From positions 1,798,001-1,862,000 of the forward strand of contig NW_024704769.1 in assembly GCF_018977255.1 (NCBI RefSeq): a stretch of DNA of 64,000 nt. Reading direction: 5' to 3'. This document shows, one piece after another, positions 53,274 through 64,000 of the stretch (its first letter is position 1; each line of letters starts with the position of its first letter). Below the pieces are notes generated by a model. That model saw only the letters and a program-made list of their open reading frames with translations, was not told the origin of the DNA and searched no databases. Source of the stretch: Callorhinchus milii (Eukaryota). A program made the position numbers and the translations under genes.

Positions 53274-56200
53274 TTAAATGTCCATCTCAAACTGAGCGTC
53301 TTCTGTTAAACGAGAGAACGTCATCCAGTGAGGCCTCCGACCATAGCACGATGACACCTCGGCCACACACAATCTCAGGCCTCGCAGCCTCTCTCTCTCA
53401 CACACACACACACACTCATTCCCCCCCCCCCACACACAAACACTCATACCCCCCCGACACACACACACAGATACACACACTCATGTGTGCGCTCACACAC
53501 ACTCTTTCCCACACACACAAATCACGTGATCAGCCACGAGGAAAAGACTCCTGTGGGTGAGTGGGAATGATTTCAAGTGACCTCTTACCCCCCCCACACA
53601 CAACCACCACCCCCACCCCCTCCACCACCCCGAGTCTCAGTCTCTCTCTGTTACTCACACTCTCTCTCCCTCTCCAACTCCCCCTCTCACACACGTTCTC
53701 TCACATTTCCCCCACACCCCCCTCTCTCCATCACTCACGCTCACTTGACAACACAGCGAACAACACTCCAGAGACAGGAGTAGCTGAGCTGGCAGCGGGA
53801 TCGCGAGGGCGGTGGTGGAGGGGTTGGGGGTGTGTGTGTGTGTGGGGGGGGTAAGAGGTCACTTGAAATCATTCCCACTCACCCACAGGAGTCTTTTCCT
53901 CGTGGCTGATCACGTGATTTGTGGCTGGCTTGACCTTGTCTATGCAGGGGCTGGTCACCCCGGGAATTTTGGGAAGGTCTCGGGGCGGAGTCCTGGCCAC
54001 AGGGGAGTTGCGACACTCCATGAGGAATTTTCGGTCATAAATAATGCGAGTCCCTGGAAAAGACAAACATTACAGGTTACAATAGATTTTGGGGGACACG
54101 GGGGGGGGGGGGGACACATGAGGAAATCCGTCACGGTGATTCAAGATTTTATTTGGAGTTGAGGTACAGATCAGCCATAATTTAATAGAATGGAAGAACA
54201 GACTCGAGGGGCTGAATGGCCTCTTCCTGTTCCTATATTCCAGCCTGGAACCTCTGGAACACTCTCCCTCAATCCCTCTGCCTTGCTCCACGCTTCCCCA
54301 TCCTTAGGTCGAGCCTGAAGACCTCCGTTTTGACCGTGCCGACGGTCACCTCCCCCCTCCCCAGCATCGTGCTCCGCCACTGTCAAGTCCTGTAGCTCAG
54401 TGGTTAGAGCACTCGCTTTGCAAGTGAGAGACCGGAGTTCATTTCCAGGCAGAGGGCGAAACCTCAGGCAAGTTTCCTTACTCCACACAGAGCCTAATAA
54501 TAATCCCTCCAAAACCAAAAACAATAATAAATTGGTCATTTTCAATCCACGACTGTTTGTGGGGACATTGCTGTGGGCAATTGGCTGCCGCGTTCGCCCA
54601 CAAATATACAGTCAATTCACTTTACAGTGTGTTCTGTGAAGCGCTTTGGGACGTCCTCCCGATGTGAAAAGCGCTATATCAAATGCAAGGATTATTATTA
54701 TTATTATTATTTACACAGTACACAATCACTACACTTTATGGCACACCCTGTGAAGCGCTTTGAGACGGATTCCCCCAACGTGAAAGAAGATGCTGTATCA
54801 AGGATTTTTATTCTCAATAGACACCTAGAGACGTGTGCAAGTGAGCAAAGCTCCCGAGGTTACCAACAACCTTATCCACAGCCGGAGATAATATGAAACC
54901 TCAACACGATCAAACTTCGAAGTGCCGATACCCAGGTTCAAGGATAAAGCAAAGCTATTCAGCTATTCTTCTTCTGAGTTACCTCGCCACACAGACAACA
55001 TCAGAACAGCCTCAATTTGCACCTCGTATGCACAGTGATCAGAAGCGTTCACATGTCACACACAAAGCACAAAGCCCCTTTGTCCGGCTCCAGATCGAGT
55101 GTGAACTTCATATGATCACTCGATCGGAGGTGTCGATGAAACCAGACAATTTCAGCTCTCACGGACTTTGCTAACAAAGTCAAAGAATAAAGCGTATCAA
55201 AGAAAAAGTGCCTGTAAAATATGCATTGCAATAAACACTTTCTGATGTACAACAATAGCTGCTCACGCCATCAGCAGCTGCTCCGGGCCCTTTCTCCTGT
55301 CTGGGCCGTTGGTTCTGCTCGACAGGCAACGTTATCAGTTCGGTTTTAGCTGATTAGATTCCTGCAGTTACTTCAGCGCACACTCTGGGGTCCCCCCACC
55401 CCCCCAAGGCTTGGCTCTTGCCAACCCGAGCCTAATACTTTCCGGAATTAGGTAAGCCTCGAGATGTCTCACTGACGCGATGAGGCGCTAGATCCGATCA
55501 AGGATTGTTAATATTATTGTTAAGCAACAACAACAACAACAAGATTTCATTTATAGAGCGCCTTTCACGTCGGGAGGACGTCCCAAGGCGCTGAACAGTT
55601 GGGTCAGGGCCCGAGCAGTGGGGGGAAATGGTCAGGGGGAGGGAAGGGAGGGAGCGAGCGGGGGGGGGGGGGGAATAGTGAGGGGAGGGAAGAGAGGGAG
55701 CGAGGAGTGGGGAGATGGTCAGGGTGAGGGGAGGGAAGGGAGGTAGCGAGGAGGGGGTAGAGAGTCGAGAGGGGAGCTGAAGGCACGGTCGAAGAGAAAG
55801 GTCTAGAGACCGGCCTTGAGATCAGGTTGCATCCCGCCAGGGAGAGCGCGCGCATTCCAGTCCAACAATCTATCTCTGGGATCTCCATGTGTAGGTGGGA
55901 TGCCTGGAATTCTCAGTCTGGTTTGGAGACTTAAGTAAGGTGATGGGTTTCCGCGCGCGTGTGACTGAACCCCCCCTCCCACCAATGGATGAAATAACTT
56001 TCTCCAGTTGAATGTCGACGAGATAGAGACTCTCCTGCTTGGCTCCCGTCAGTGTCTCCTCAGCTCAGGAGGTGACAGCATCAATCTACCTCGATGTATT
56101 CTCCACCTCATGGAGCCAGTGCGGGAATCTCTGTGTCTTGTTCCGACTCTCAGCTGAGACCCTTATCCAAGTTTTCATCAGGTCCAGGCTGGACTACACC

Positions 56201-58461
56201 AGCGTTCGTTCCCCTCCACAGGCTGCAAACCATCTGCATCGAACTCTGCAGCTCGAGCATCACAGGATCCTCGATGTTCACTCAAAGAACAAAGTGACGC
56301 AAGAATCCTATCACAGCCGACAACTCTCTGGTCTGAATTGCGTTTGCTACGTAGAACACGTGGTCTCCCGTTGCGCTGGCAGCAAGCAAACGAATAGCCC
56401 ATCCCTCCAAATCTACTGGAAAACACTGATACCGGAGACAGGAGGCATTCCCACAAATTAACGGCAAGTTCCAGCAGCATATGGACCGGGTGGGTTGGAT
56501 CTACCGCCACCACCACAACAACAAACTACATTTGGATGGTTCCTTTCACGTTGGGAGGGTGTAACATGGCCCAATGTACTATAATGGCGCAGAATCGCTC
56601 ATGGGAAAGAAAAACAACCATCTCACGTTTCAGCGCCTTGGGACGTCCTACTGATGCGAAAGGAGGTACACAAATGTAATTTGTTGCTGTTGTTGTTGTT
56701 GTTGATGATCGATGTATTTAGGGCCATCAAGTGAATGCACTGATCACCAGTGTTTAGCTTGAGAACAACGGCCGTTAGTTGCTCAACAACAAGCTGCCAC
56801 GAGGCATTGTGTCACTTGAATGCATTGCTGTCAGTTTGGCTTAGTTTATTCGCATTATTATAATATTAATATAACAATAAAATATGATATTATTGTCGTT
56901 GGATATGTCTTGCTCCCAATGAAATAATATTATGTTAATATATATTATTCTTTTGAGACATCCAATGCAATTATTATTTCTTAAAATATGGATTCTATGT
57001 TATCGTAATATTAATACACACAATTAATATATAGTACTAAATAATATTAGGTTAATGATATATAATGTGTGGGACATGCCTTGCAACCATTGCAATAATA
57101 TTGTATCATAATATTAATATTGTGGAATGACTTGCAGCCAGTGCAATTAATATTTATTAAATACTGACATTCTACTATCATAGTAAGATAATAATATTAA
57201 TATAATAATATATAATTGTTGTTGTTTGGGACATGCATTGCAGTCAATGAAATAACACTGCGTGAGCTGCAGTGAGAGCCAATACAACATTATATTACTG
57301 TCGCGTTTCTGCCAATGCAATATTATATTACTGCATTATCATTATATTATCATTTATTATTGCTGTGTGTCAGGTCACCCGGCCCTACCGTGTGAGCTTC
57401 ATATTATTGTATATTATTATTGTGATCACTGTTGTGTGGGACACCGGCCTGTCCTGCTGTGTGAGCTGCAGTGAGAACCAATGCAATAATATATGACTGC
57501 ATTATTACATTATTCATAATAATTATTATTATTATGTCAGGTCAGTCCTGTTGTTGTGAGCTTCAGTGAGAACCAATACAATAGCATAGCATTATAATAC
57601 TCTAGAATTATTGATTATTATCATTGCTGTATGTCAGGCCAGTCATGTCTGGTGAACCATTGCAGTATTATATTACTTTATATATTATTATTAATTATTA
57701 TTATTCCTGTATGTCAGGCCAGGCTTGCTTTGTGGGCTGCAGTGAGAGCCAATGCAATATTATATTACTGTATTATTAGCAATAATATTGATTAGTATAG
57801 TATTAAGTATTATTATTGTTGTTGTGTGTCAGGCCTGACAGCCCTGTTGAGTGTGTGAGAGACAGACAGAGCCAGTGTAGTATTATATTACTGTAGTAAT
57901 AATATTACTAATTATTATTAACTATTATTACTGCTGTGTGCGTGTGGGTGTGTGTGAGGCGAGAGAGAGACAGACAGACAGCGCCTGTTGTGTGAGCTAC
58001 AGTCAGAGCCAGTGCAGCATTACATTACTGTAGTAATAATATTACTAATTATTATTAAGTATTATTACTGCTGTGTGTGTGTGTGTGTGTGTGTGAGCAG
58101 AGAGACAGACAGACAGACACAGACAGACAGCGCCTGTTGTGTGAGCTGCGGCGAGAGCCAGTGCAGCATTACATTACTGTATCAGTAGCAGTAATAATCT
58201 TAGTAATAATACTGCTGTGTGTGTGTGTGTGTGTGTGTGTGTGTCAGGGCCTGACAGCCGCTGTGTGTGTGTGTGTGAGGAGGGAGACAGACAGACAGAG
58301 CCTGTTACCCGGGGCCGCGCTCACCTACCTCCCGGGGTGGTGCTGAAGAGGGTGCCGCCGGGGGTGGTGCAGTAATCGTGAGGCAGTTGGCCCGAGTCGC
58401 TGACGATCACCCTGCGGGTGGGGATGGCTCGGCTCTCGGTTTTCTGCGCTGGGCCCGACAT
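53274..58461 (-). CDS. EIF4EBP1: eIF4E-binding protein 1 (4E-BP1), 110 aa, 3 exons
   Basis: Exons (minus) 58461-58329, 54053-53883, 53302-53274 (TAA). [80 protein letters not shown]...EDAQFEMDI: RAIP motif, TP sites, YxxxxLM eIF4E motif, TOS motif. Paralog 1 by synteny with ASH2L/STAR and FLMECRNSP. Confidence 0.95.
53516..53923. repeat. Perfect 87-bp inverted repeat (arms 53516-53602 and 53837-53923) spanning the EIF4EBP1 exon 2 donor
   Basis: Base-by-base reverse-complement identity of the two arms, 234-nt spacer. Confidence 0.9.
54386..54710 (+). mobile_element. tRNA-derived SINE, young shortened subfamily
   Basis: Near-identical to 59793-60120. Confidence 0.85.
56850..58305 (+). repeat. 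Degenerate AT-rich tandem repeat (about 100-130 bp period) in EIF4EBP1 intron 1
   Basis: Recurring GAGCTGCAGTGAGAGCCAATGCAATATTATATTACTG...TATTATT..TGTGTCAGG units. Confidence 0.7.
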
Positions 58462-58559
58462 CCTCGGGGTAGCGTGACGGGCCGAGCGGGGCCTCGGGGC
58501 GCTCTCTCCCGGCCTCTCCTCTCACGCGCGCACCGCACGGCTTCTTTCACTCACTCCCT

Positions 58560-59085
58560 CCCTCCCTCACTCACTCAGCTCGGCCGCCCTCTCCTCTCCT
58601 CTCCTCGCCTCCCCTCCCCTCGCCCGGCCCCGGCCCAACCCCCCGCCCGCCAGCGACAGCCACACCGCACACCACGCGACACGACACACGACGCCTCACG
58701 GAAAGAGCCGAGCGGCCTCTCGCAGCGGACAACATCCACCCGCCCCGAGCCCTCGCTTTCCCGCCCACTCCACCACCCGCTTCGGCGATTCCGACGGAAA
58801 GAGCCGAACGCCGCTCGGCTCCGGGCTGGGGAGGCGGGGCGGAGACGACCCCCAACACGTCATCTTCGGCAAACACCGAGCGCGCGTTCGGCCCCGGCGG
58901 GGACTTCCAACGGCGGCGCCACGGAAAGTACCGAGTGCCGCTCGGCTGGCTCCGGCGCGGACTTCCAATGACGTCATCTTCGGCGGCGCCACGGAAAGGA
59001 CCGAGTGCCGCTCGGCTCCGGCGGCGCCTTTCGCCTACGTCATCTTCGGCAACCTGACGGAAAGTGCCGAGTGCTTTCGGCCCCG
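58560..59085 (-). promoter_or_regulatory. EIF4EBP1 CpG-island promoter built from repeated CRE/ETS-like modules
   Basis: TGACGTCA at 58969-58976; ACGTCATCTTCGGC three times; ACGGAAAG..CCGA five times. Confidence 0.6.
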
Positions 59086-59792
59086 GGGAGGGGGGGGGGG
59101 GGAGCCAACGCTTTACTATCAGTGTAGCACTCGCCTCGCAAGCGAGAGGACCCGGGTTCGATTCCAAGCCCGGCAGCGTGAAAACTTATGCAAGTTTTCT
59201 TACTCCACAAGTCTCTCAATTGACGTATTTGCCGGGGGCAATAACCCCCCCCACCCCAAAAAAAAATAGTAGTAATAATAATATAAATAATAGTATTATT
59301 ATAATTTAGTCGGCCAATCCACGGCTGTTTGCGGACACGCTGCCGTGTGCAATTGGCTGCCGTGTTTCGCCCACCAAGTACACAGTCAATTCACTTCACG
59401 GTATATTCTGGGAAGCGCTTTGAGACGTCTCGACGACGTGATCAGGGGCTACATCAAATGCAAGGATTATTATTATTATTATTATTATCATTCACAAAGA
59501 GAAGGGAGTTTCTCTCTCTCTCTCTCACTCCCCTGCTGTCCTGGCCAACAATCCTACAGATCAATTGGCCACTCACGTCACGGCTGATGGTGCGAATTGC
59601 TGAGCGCACAAATTGGCCTGCCGCGTTCACAAAATATAGTCGCTACGCTCTACAGTTTATCAACCACTGCGACAAAATTATCCGACGATAAATGCGGGGA
59701 TCGTTGCTTATCGAAGTGACAGAGAAGTAAAGAGCAAAATTAATATGGGTGGACGTTTCAACGCTTCGGGGGGGGGGGGGGGGGGGTGTAGT

Positions 59793-60120
59793 GGAGTCCT
59801 GTAGCTCAGTGGTTAGAGCACTCGCTTTGCAAGTGAGAGACCGGAGTTCAATTCCAGGCAGAGGGCGAAACCTTGGGCAAGTTTCCTTACTCCACACAGA
59901 GCCTAATAATAATCCCTCCAAAACAAAAAAAACAATAATAAATTGGTCATTTTCAATCTACGACTGTTTGTGGGACATTGCTGTGCGCAATTGGCCGCCG
60001 CGTTTGCCCACAAATATACAGTCAATTCACTTTACAGTCTATTCTGTGAAGCGCTTTGGGATGTCCTCCCGACGTGAAAAGTGCTATATCAAATGCAAGG
60101 ATTATTATATATTATTATTA
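59793..60120 (+). mobile_element. tRNA-derived SINE, young shortened subfamily
   Basis: GGAGTCCTGTAGCTCAGTGGTTAGAGC head through (ATT)n tail. Confidence 0.85.
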
Positions 60121-62069
60121 TAGTGGCTGAAAACGCCAGTCGCGAGAATGCTGGAACCACCCACGGGGGTGACCATCCCACTTCAAAGGTTTCGCACTTA
60201 CATGACGGAGGTTTGTGCACTGAGCCGGGCAGATGGGGCGTTAATTGCTTCCCGAATGATAGGCTTTAAACTGAACATTTAAACTGCTACGCGGGGACTG
60301 TTGCAAAACACATAAGGTTTTGGAGTGCTTTTCTCCTTCCAAGTCCCACGGTAACATTTGATGTTATGTTTACTCTGCCACGGGTAGCCTCGTCTGGGGT
60401 TGATGAGGAGAGAGGTACGTTGTAAGGGAAGGAGATTTCCACCTCCACTACTCCTCCTCGCCAGTCTTTCCAGCTCCACTACCCGCAAACTGCAACCGAT
60501 TTCAGAACTCCGCCGCTGATATTCTCGCGCCCGTTAAACTCCACAGCCCTCATCCCATCAGTCCTCGCCAGGCTCCACTGGCTCCCCATCACCGAACTGC
60601 TTCACAATTGCTCCAGGTGAACCGACGTGGACAGCTTTCAGATACAAGAGGGCAGAAATCTGCCTGCAATTATTTTGCACTCCATTAGGCAGCGCCATTT
60701 ACTCAACGTGACCAAACTTGAGATGCCAAATTTCCATGGAAAATAATAATGCGGGTGTTTGCGTCCGATCACATCATTGAATTTCTTGAAGCACTTCACA
60801 GGAATTACTGTCGTACAACATTATCAATCATCCTTGCATTTGAGATAGTGTCTCACAGCGCTTCGCAGAATGTATTGTAAAGTGTAGTGACTGTGTATTT
60901 TGTGGGCGAAACGCGGCAGCCCATTGCGCACAGCAGCGTCCCCACAAACAGCCGTGGGTTGAGTGACCAAATGATAATTTTTAAAGATGTTGGGAGGGAA
61001 TATTGGAGTAAATAGGAACCCGGTTGTAAGTCGATTGGCAGATAAAGCAATCCGCCAATCATCTAACGACCTCGTTCCTACTTCCTGCAGGTAAACAGGT
61101 GTGTGTGTGGAGTAAGGAAAGTTGGCTAAGGTTTCACCCCAACTGGGAATTGGACCCGGATCCTCTCTCCTACGAGGCGAGCGTGCTAACCACTCTGCTA
61201 CGGATTAGAAGAAAATGAATACAAAAGGATTTATTTTTAACCTTTAATACGTGTACATTACGCATGCCCCATTGCCCCATTTCTGTTTCCTTCTCCCATA
61301 ACATAACAGCCAACATCAAGGTACAAAAATAGTGTTTTTTTTTTTGCAGTGAAAATATCAAACAGCAATTTTTTTCAAGACAACAAAAAAAAAGACATGA
61401 ATTAAACCAATGACCACCTCACAGGTATCTTACATTCAAATACAGGTATAAATTTGTGTTAAACAGAACTCAGATAGTACAAGTATCCAGCCCCTTCGCT
61501 CTTTAAATATCTTCGAATAATAATCCTTGCATTTGATATAGTCACGTCATTGAGGCGTCTCATGGTTGTTAGTTGATTGGCAGATCGCTCTTCCAGGGGT
61601 AATAATCCCCTGAAAAAAATGTGGTCAATCAATCCACGACTGTGGGTCACCGCTGTGCACAATTGGCAACGTTTAACCCACAATCGTCAATTCACTTCAC
61701 AGTATATTCTGTAAAGCGTTTTGAGACGTCTCAAAGAAGTGCGATGTCCAATGCAAGTATTATTATTATTATTATTAAATGCCTTGGCACCAATGTACCT
61801 CAATTTTCAGAGTTTAGTGTTGAACAGCCGCAATGATGATCTGTCCTTGTGTTCTTTTGACACATTGGGATGTGAATGGCAGCTCGATTGTGTTTAGTTT
61901 CTGGTGCACTGTCTCTCACACGAGGCTCCCCCAGGGAGAAGCCAACTCCATTTAGCTGATAATACTGAGGATATTTGAAAGCATTTCTGGCACATCGTGC
62001 TCTCACTGCACGGAAGTTATCTCATGCTGCACAGAACGTAACACAGAAACCGTTTCTATGGTGTCTCCA

Positions 62070-62590
62070 TCCCATCGACAACTCTGCCTCATCCCCTCTG
62101 TTATCGCTGCCTATCTCCTCCATTAACACTGCCTCCTCCCTTTGTTAATACACTGTCTATCCCCACTGTTCGCATGCCCTCCATCCCCTCCATTAACACT
62201 ACTTAACCCCTCGCTTCAACTGCATTTCATCCCTTCCATTGACACCGCCTCTATCACCTCCATTAACACTGCCTCATCCCCACTGTTCACATGCTCTCCT
62301 TCCCCTCCATTCACACTGTCTCAGCCCTCTGTTAATACTGCCTCCGAATGTCCCTTCCAGTAACACTGTCTCATCCCCTTTCAACCGAGTTGTTCAGATC
62401 TGGAATGCACTGCCTGAAAGAGTGGTGGAAGCGGATTCCATTAATTAATTTGGACAGCTCCTTTCAAAGAGCCAGCACGGGCACGATGCCCTGAATGGCC
62501 TCCTTCTGTGCTGTATAATTATGATTACACTGCCTCCACCCTCTCTGTTAACACTGCCACTCATCCCTTCCATGAACATTGCCTCAATCC
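62070..62590 (+). repeat. Degenerate AACACTGCCTCATCCCCT tandem repeat with an embedded CR1-like 3' tail (about 62380-62520)
   Basis: Direct reading; TGGAATGCACTGCC...CTGAATGGCCTCCTTCTGTGCTGTA. Confidence 0.65.
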
Positions 62591-63479
62591 CCCTTGGAGA
62601 TTGGCTCGTATGAGGCTATCCTTTCGCCTATCTGATCTCTTTTAACACTTGCCTCCATCGACATATCTTCATTCCTTCCACAAATTGCCAGGACAAAGTG
62701 GTAGGGAGGGAAAGAAAAGGGAAAGAGAGTGTAGAATAATGACAACAATTTGGCGGGGTAATTTACCATCCTCATATGCAAATTAAGGATTGCAAGTGGA
62801 CGTGTCCCCTCTTCGGCAACTGAGGGAAGGATTCTGACCATAAAAAGGCCCCATTTGCATCAAGTAATTGGTACAATACAATTACCATTGGGTACCCTAA
62901 TTCGGGGAGGGGCTCAATAACCAGAAAAGAACAAGCGCCATGTACTCTTAGTCGCTTTTACATGATAACATCTGAAAGGTACGAGCTTGAGGTACAAACC
63001 CTCTGAGTCAAGAGTTGGTTCAGTGAACATATATTAACCTCATATTTAATAGGCTGCTGTTAAAGTTGATTAATTATTTGTGTAATTCAATGCTATTTGT
63101 TGAAATCACTTGAGAACTATTTCCGAGGAGTTTTGGATTCTGAACAAACCACAATAAAGTTTTCTTAACCGTGTCTCACTCAAGCTCTGTTAATTCTCGA
63201 TATAAGGAGGGAATACACAAACAGGTTCAGCCTCGGTCACAGAGGTGTCCGAAAATAAATCTCTGGTTGACTTGTTTTATTTTAAATAGCAATTAGTAGT
63301 ATCTGTCGATGTGGAACAACTCATTAGTCAAGTTACACCTAGTTATAGGGACTTGCATATATTAGTGAGGATTGATTACAGAGGCCACCCAGTACACTCC
63401 ACAAGGGGGGGAACAAACCATATCGCGGAGTTACAAATTAAGGGTGTAGAACCATCTCACCCATTACCAATGCCCTTAA

Positions 63480-63596
63480 CGTTACCCAAACAATGACCTG
63501 AATCACTTGACCTGTTTGAGTAATCAGGCCACCTCACTAAGTAGATTACTTTTGCCCAGTCACTTGAGTGACCTGATTAGTGAGGTTCTACTGTAT
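63480..63596 (-). mobile_element. Possible Tigger/pogo-like DNA transposon terminal remnant
   Basis: Minus strand reads TA-CAGTAGAACCTCACTAAT, resembling Tc1/mariner-pogo termini with a TA target; partner end not found. Confidence 0.3.
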
Positions 63597-64000
63597 ACTG
63601 TATATTATTAATGTGATAAGGCGCTACATCAAATGTGTGTATTATTACATTCCACATTTAACTCCTGTAGCTCAGCGGTTACGCCAATCGACTAAAAACC
63701 GGGTTCCTACTTACTACTCGGTAAACAGGGGTGTGGAGTAAGGAAACTTACCTAAGATTTCGCCCAAGAATCGAACCCGATCCTGTTGCTTAAAGGCGAG
63801 TGTTCTAACCAATGTCCTGCACTCACTATTTAATGAGGATAAATGCACCCATACAACTTAAAACCATCAGCCGATGCCATTCAATGGCAGATCATCATTA
63901 CTGCAGCTGGACTGATCAATTCAACATGAACTGCATTGATTATTTCACTGCATCCGACGGCAATGCAACCACACATTAGACACACGCTCCATCCAAGACC

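Noticed and set aside
54386-54460. tRNA gene calls at SINE heads (also 59793, 20480 and others)
   Set aside because: The A/B boxes continue into SINE body and tail and lack a proper acceptor stem, so they are SINEs, not tRNAs.

Overview
Eukaryotic vertebrate genomic DNA: GC-rich, intron-rich, densely interspersed with SINE and LINE fragments, and containing assembly N-gaps. The repeat families and protein sequences suggest a cartilaginous fish, possibly a holocephalan (inference). I reconstructed six spliced protein-coding genes by hand from GT-AG junctions and codon phase: UBE2D4-like E2 (+, first exon outside the window), a short-prodomain caspase most like caspase-17 (-), STAR (+), ASH2L (-), a Nodal of the EIF4EBP1-ASH2L locus with the CxxC signature (+), and EIF4EBP1 (-). 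Most ORFs in the supplied track are repeat or microsatellite artefacts. Most notable: (1) the caspase keeps catalytic His/Cys but lacks the second Asp-binding Arg, takes its stop codon from a SINE, and lies head-to-head with STAR; (2) an open, in-phase 345-nt candidate exon upstream of the UBE2D core; (3) a perfect 87-bp inverted copy of the EIF4EBP1 exon 2 5' splice site inside intron 2; (4) an 18-nt ASH2L microexon; (5) an orphan CpG-rich first exon preceded by three tandem CTCF-like motifs; (6) candidate FoxH1/TCF/RBPJ elements around nodal. No prokaryotic-type system (CRISPR etc.) is present, and I cannot claim a wholly new system from sequence alone.
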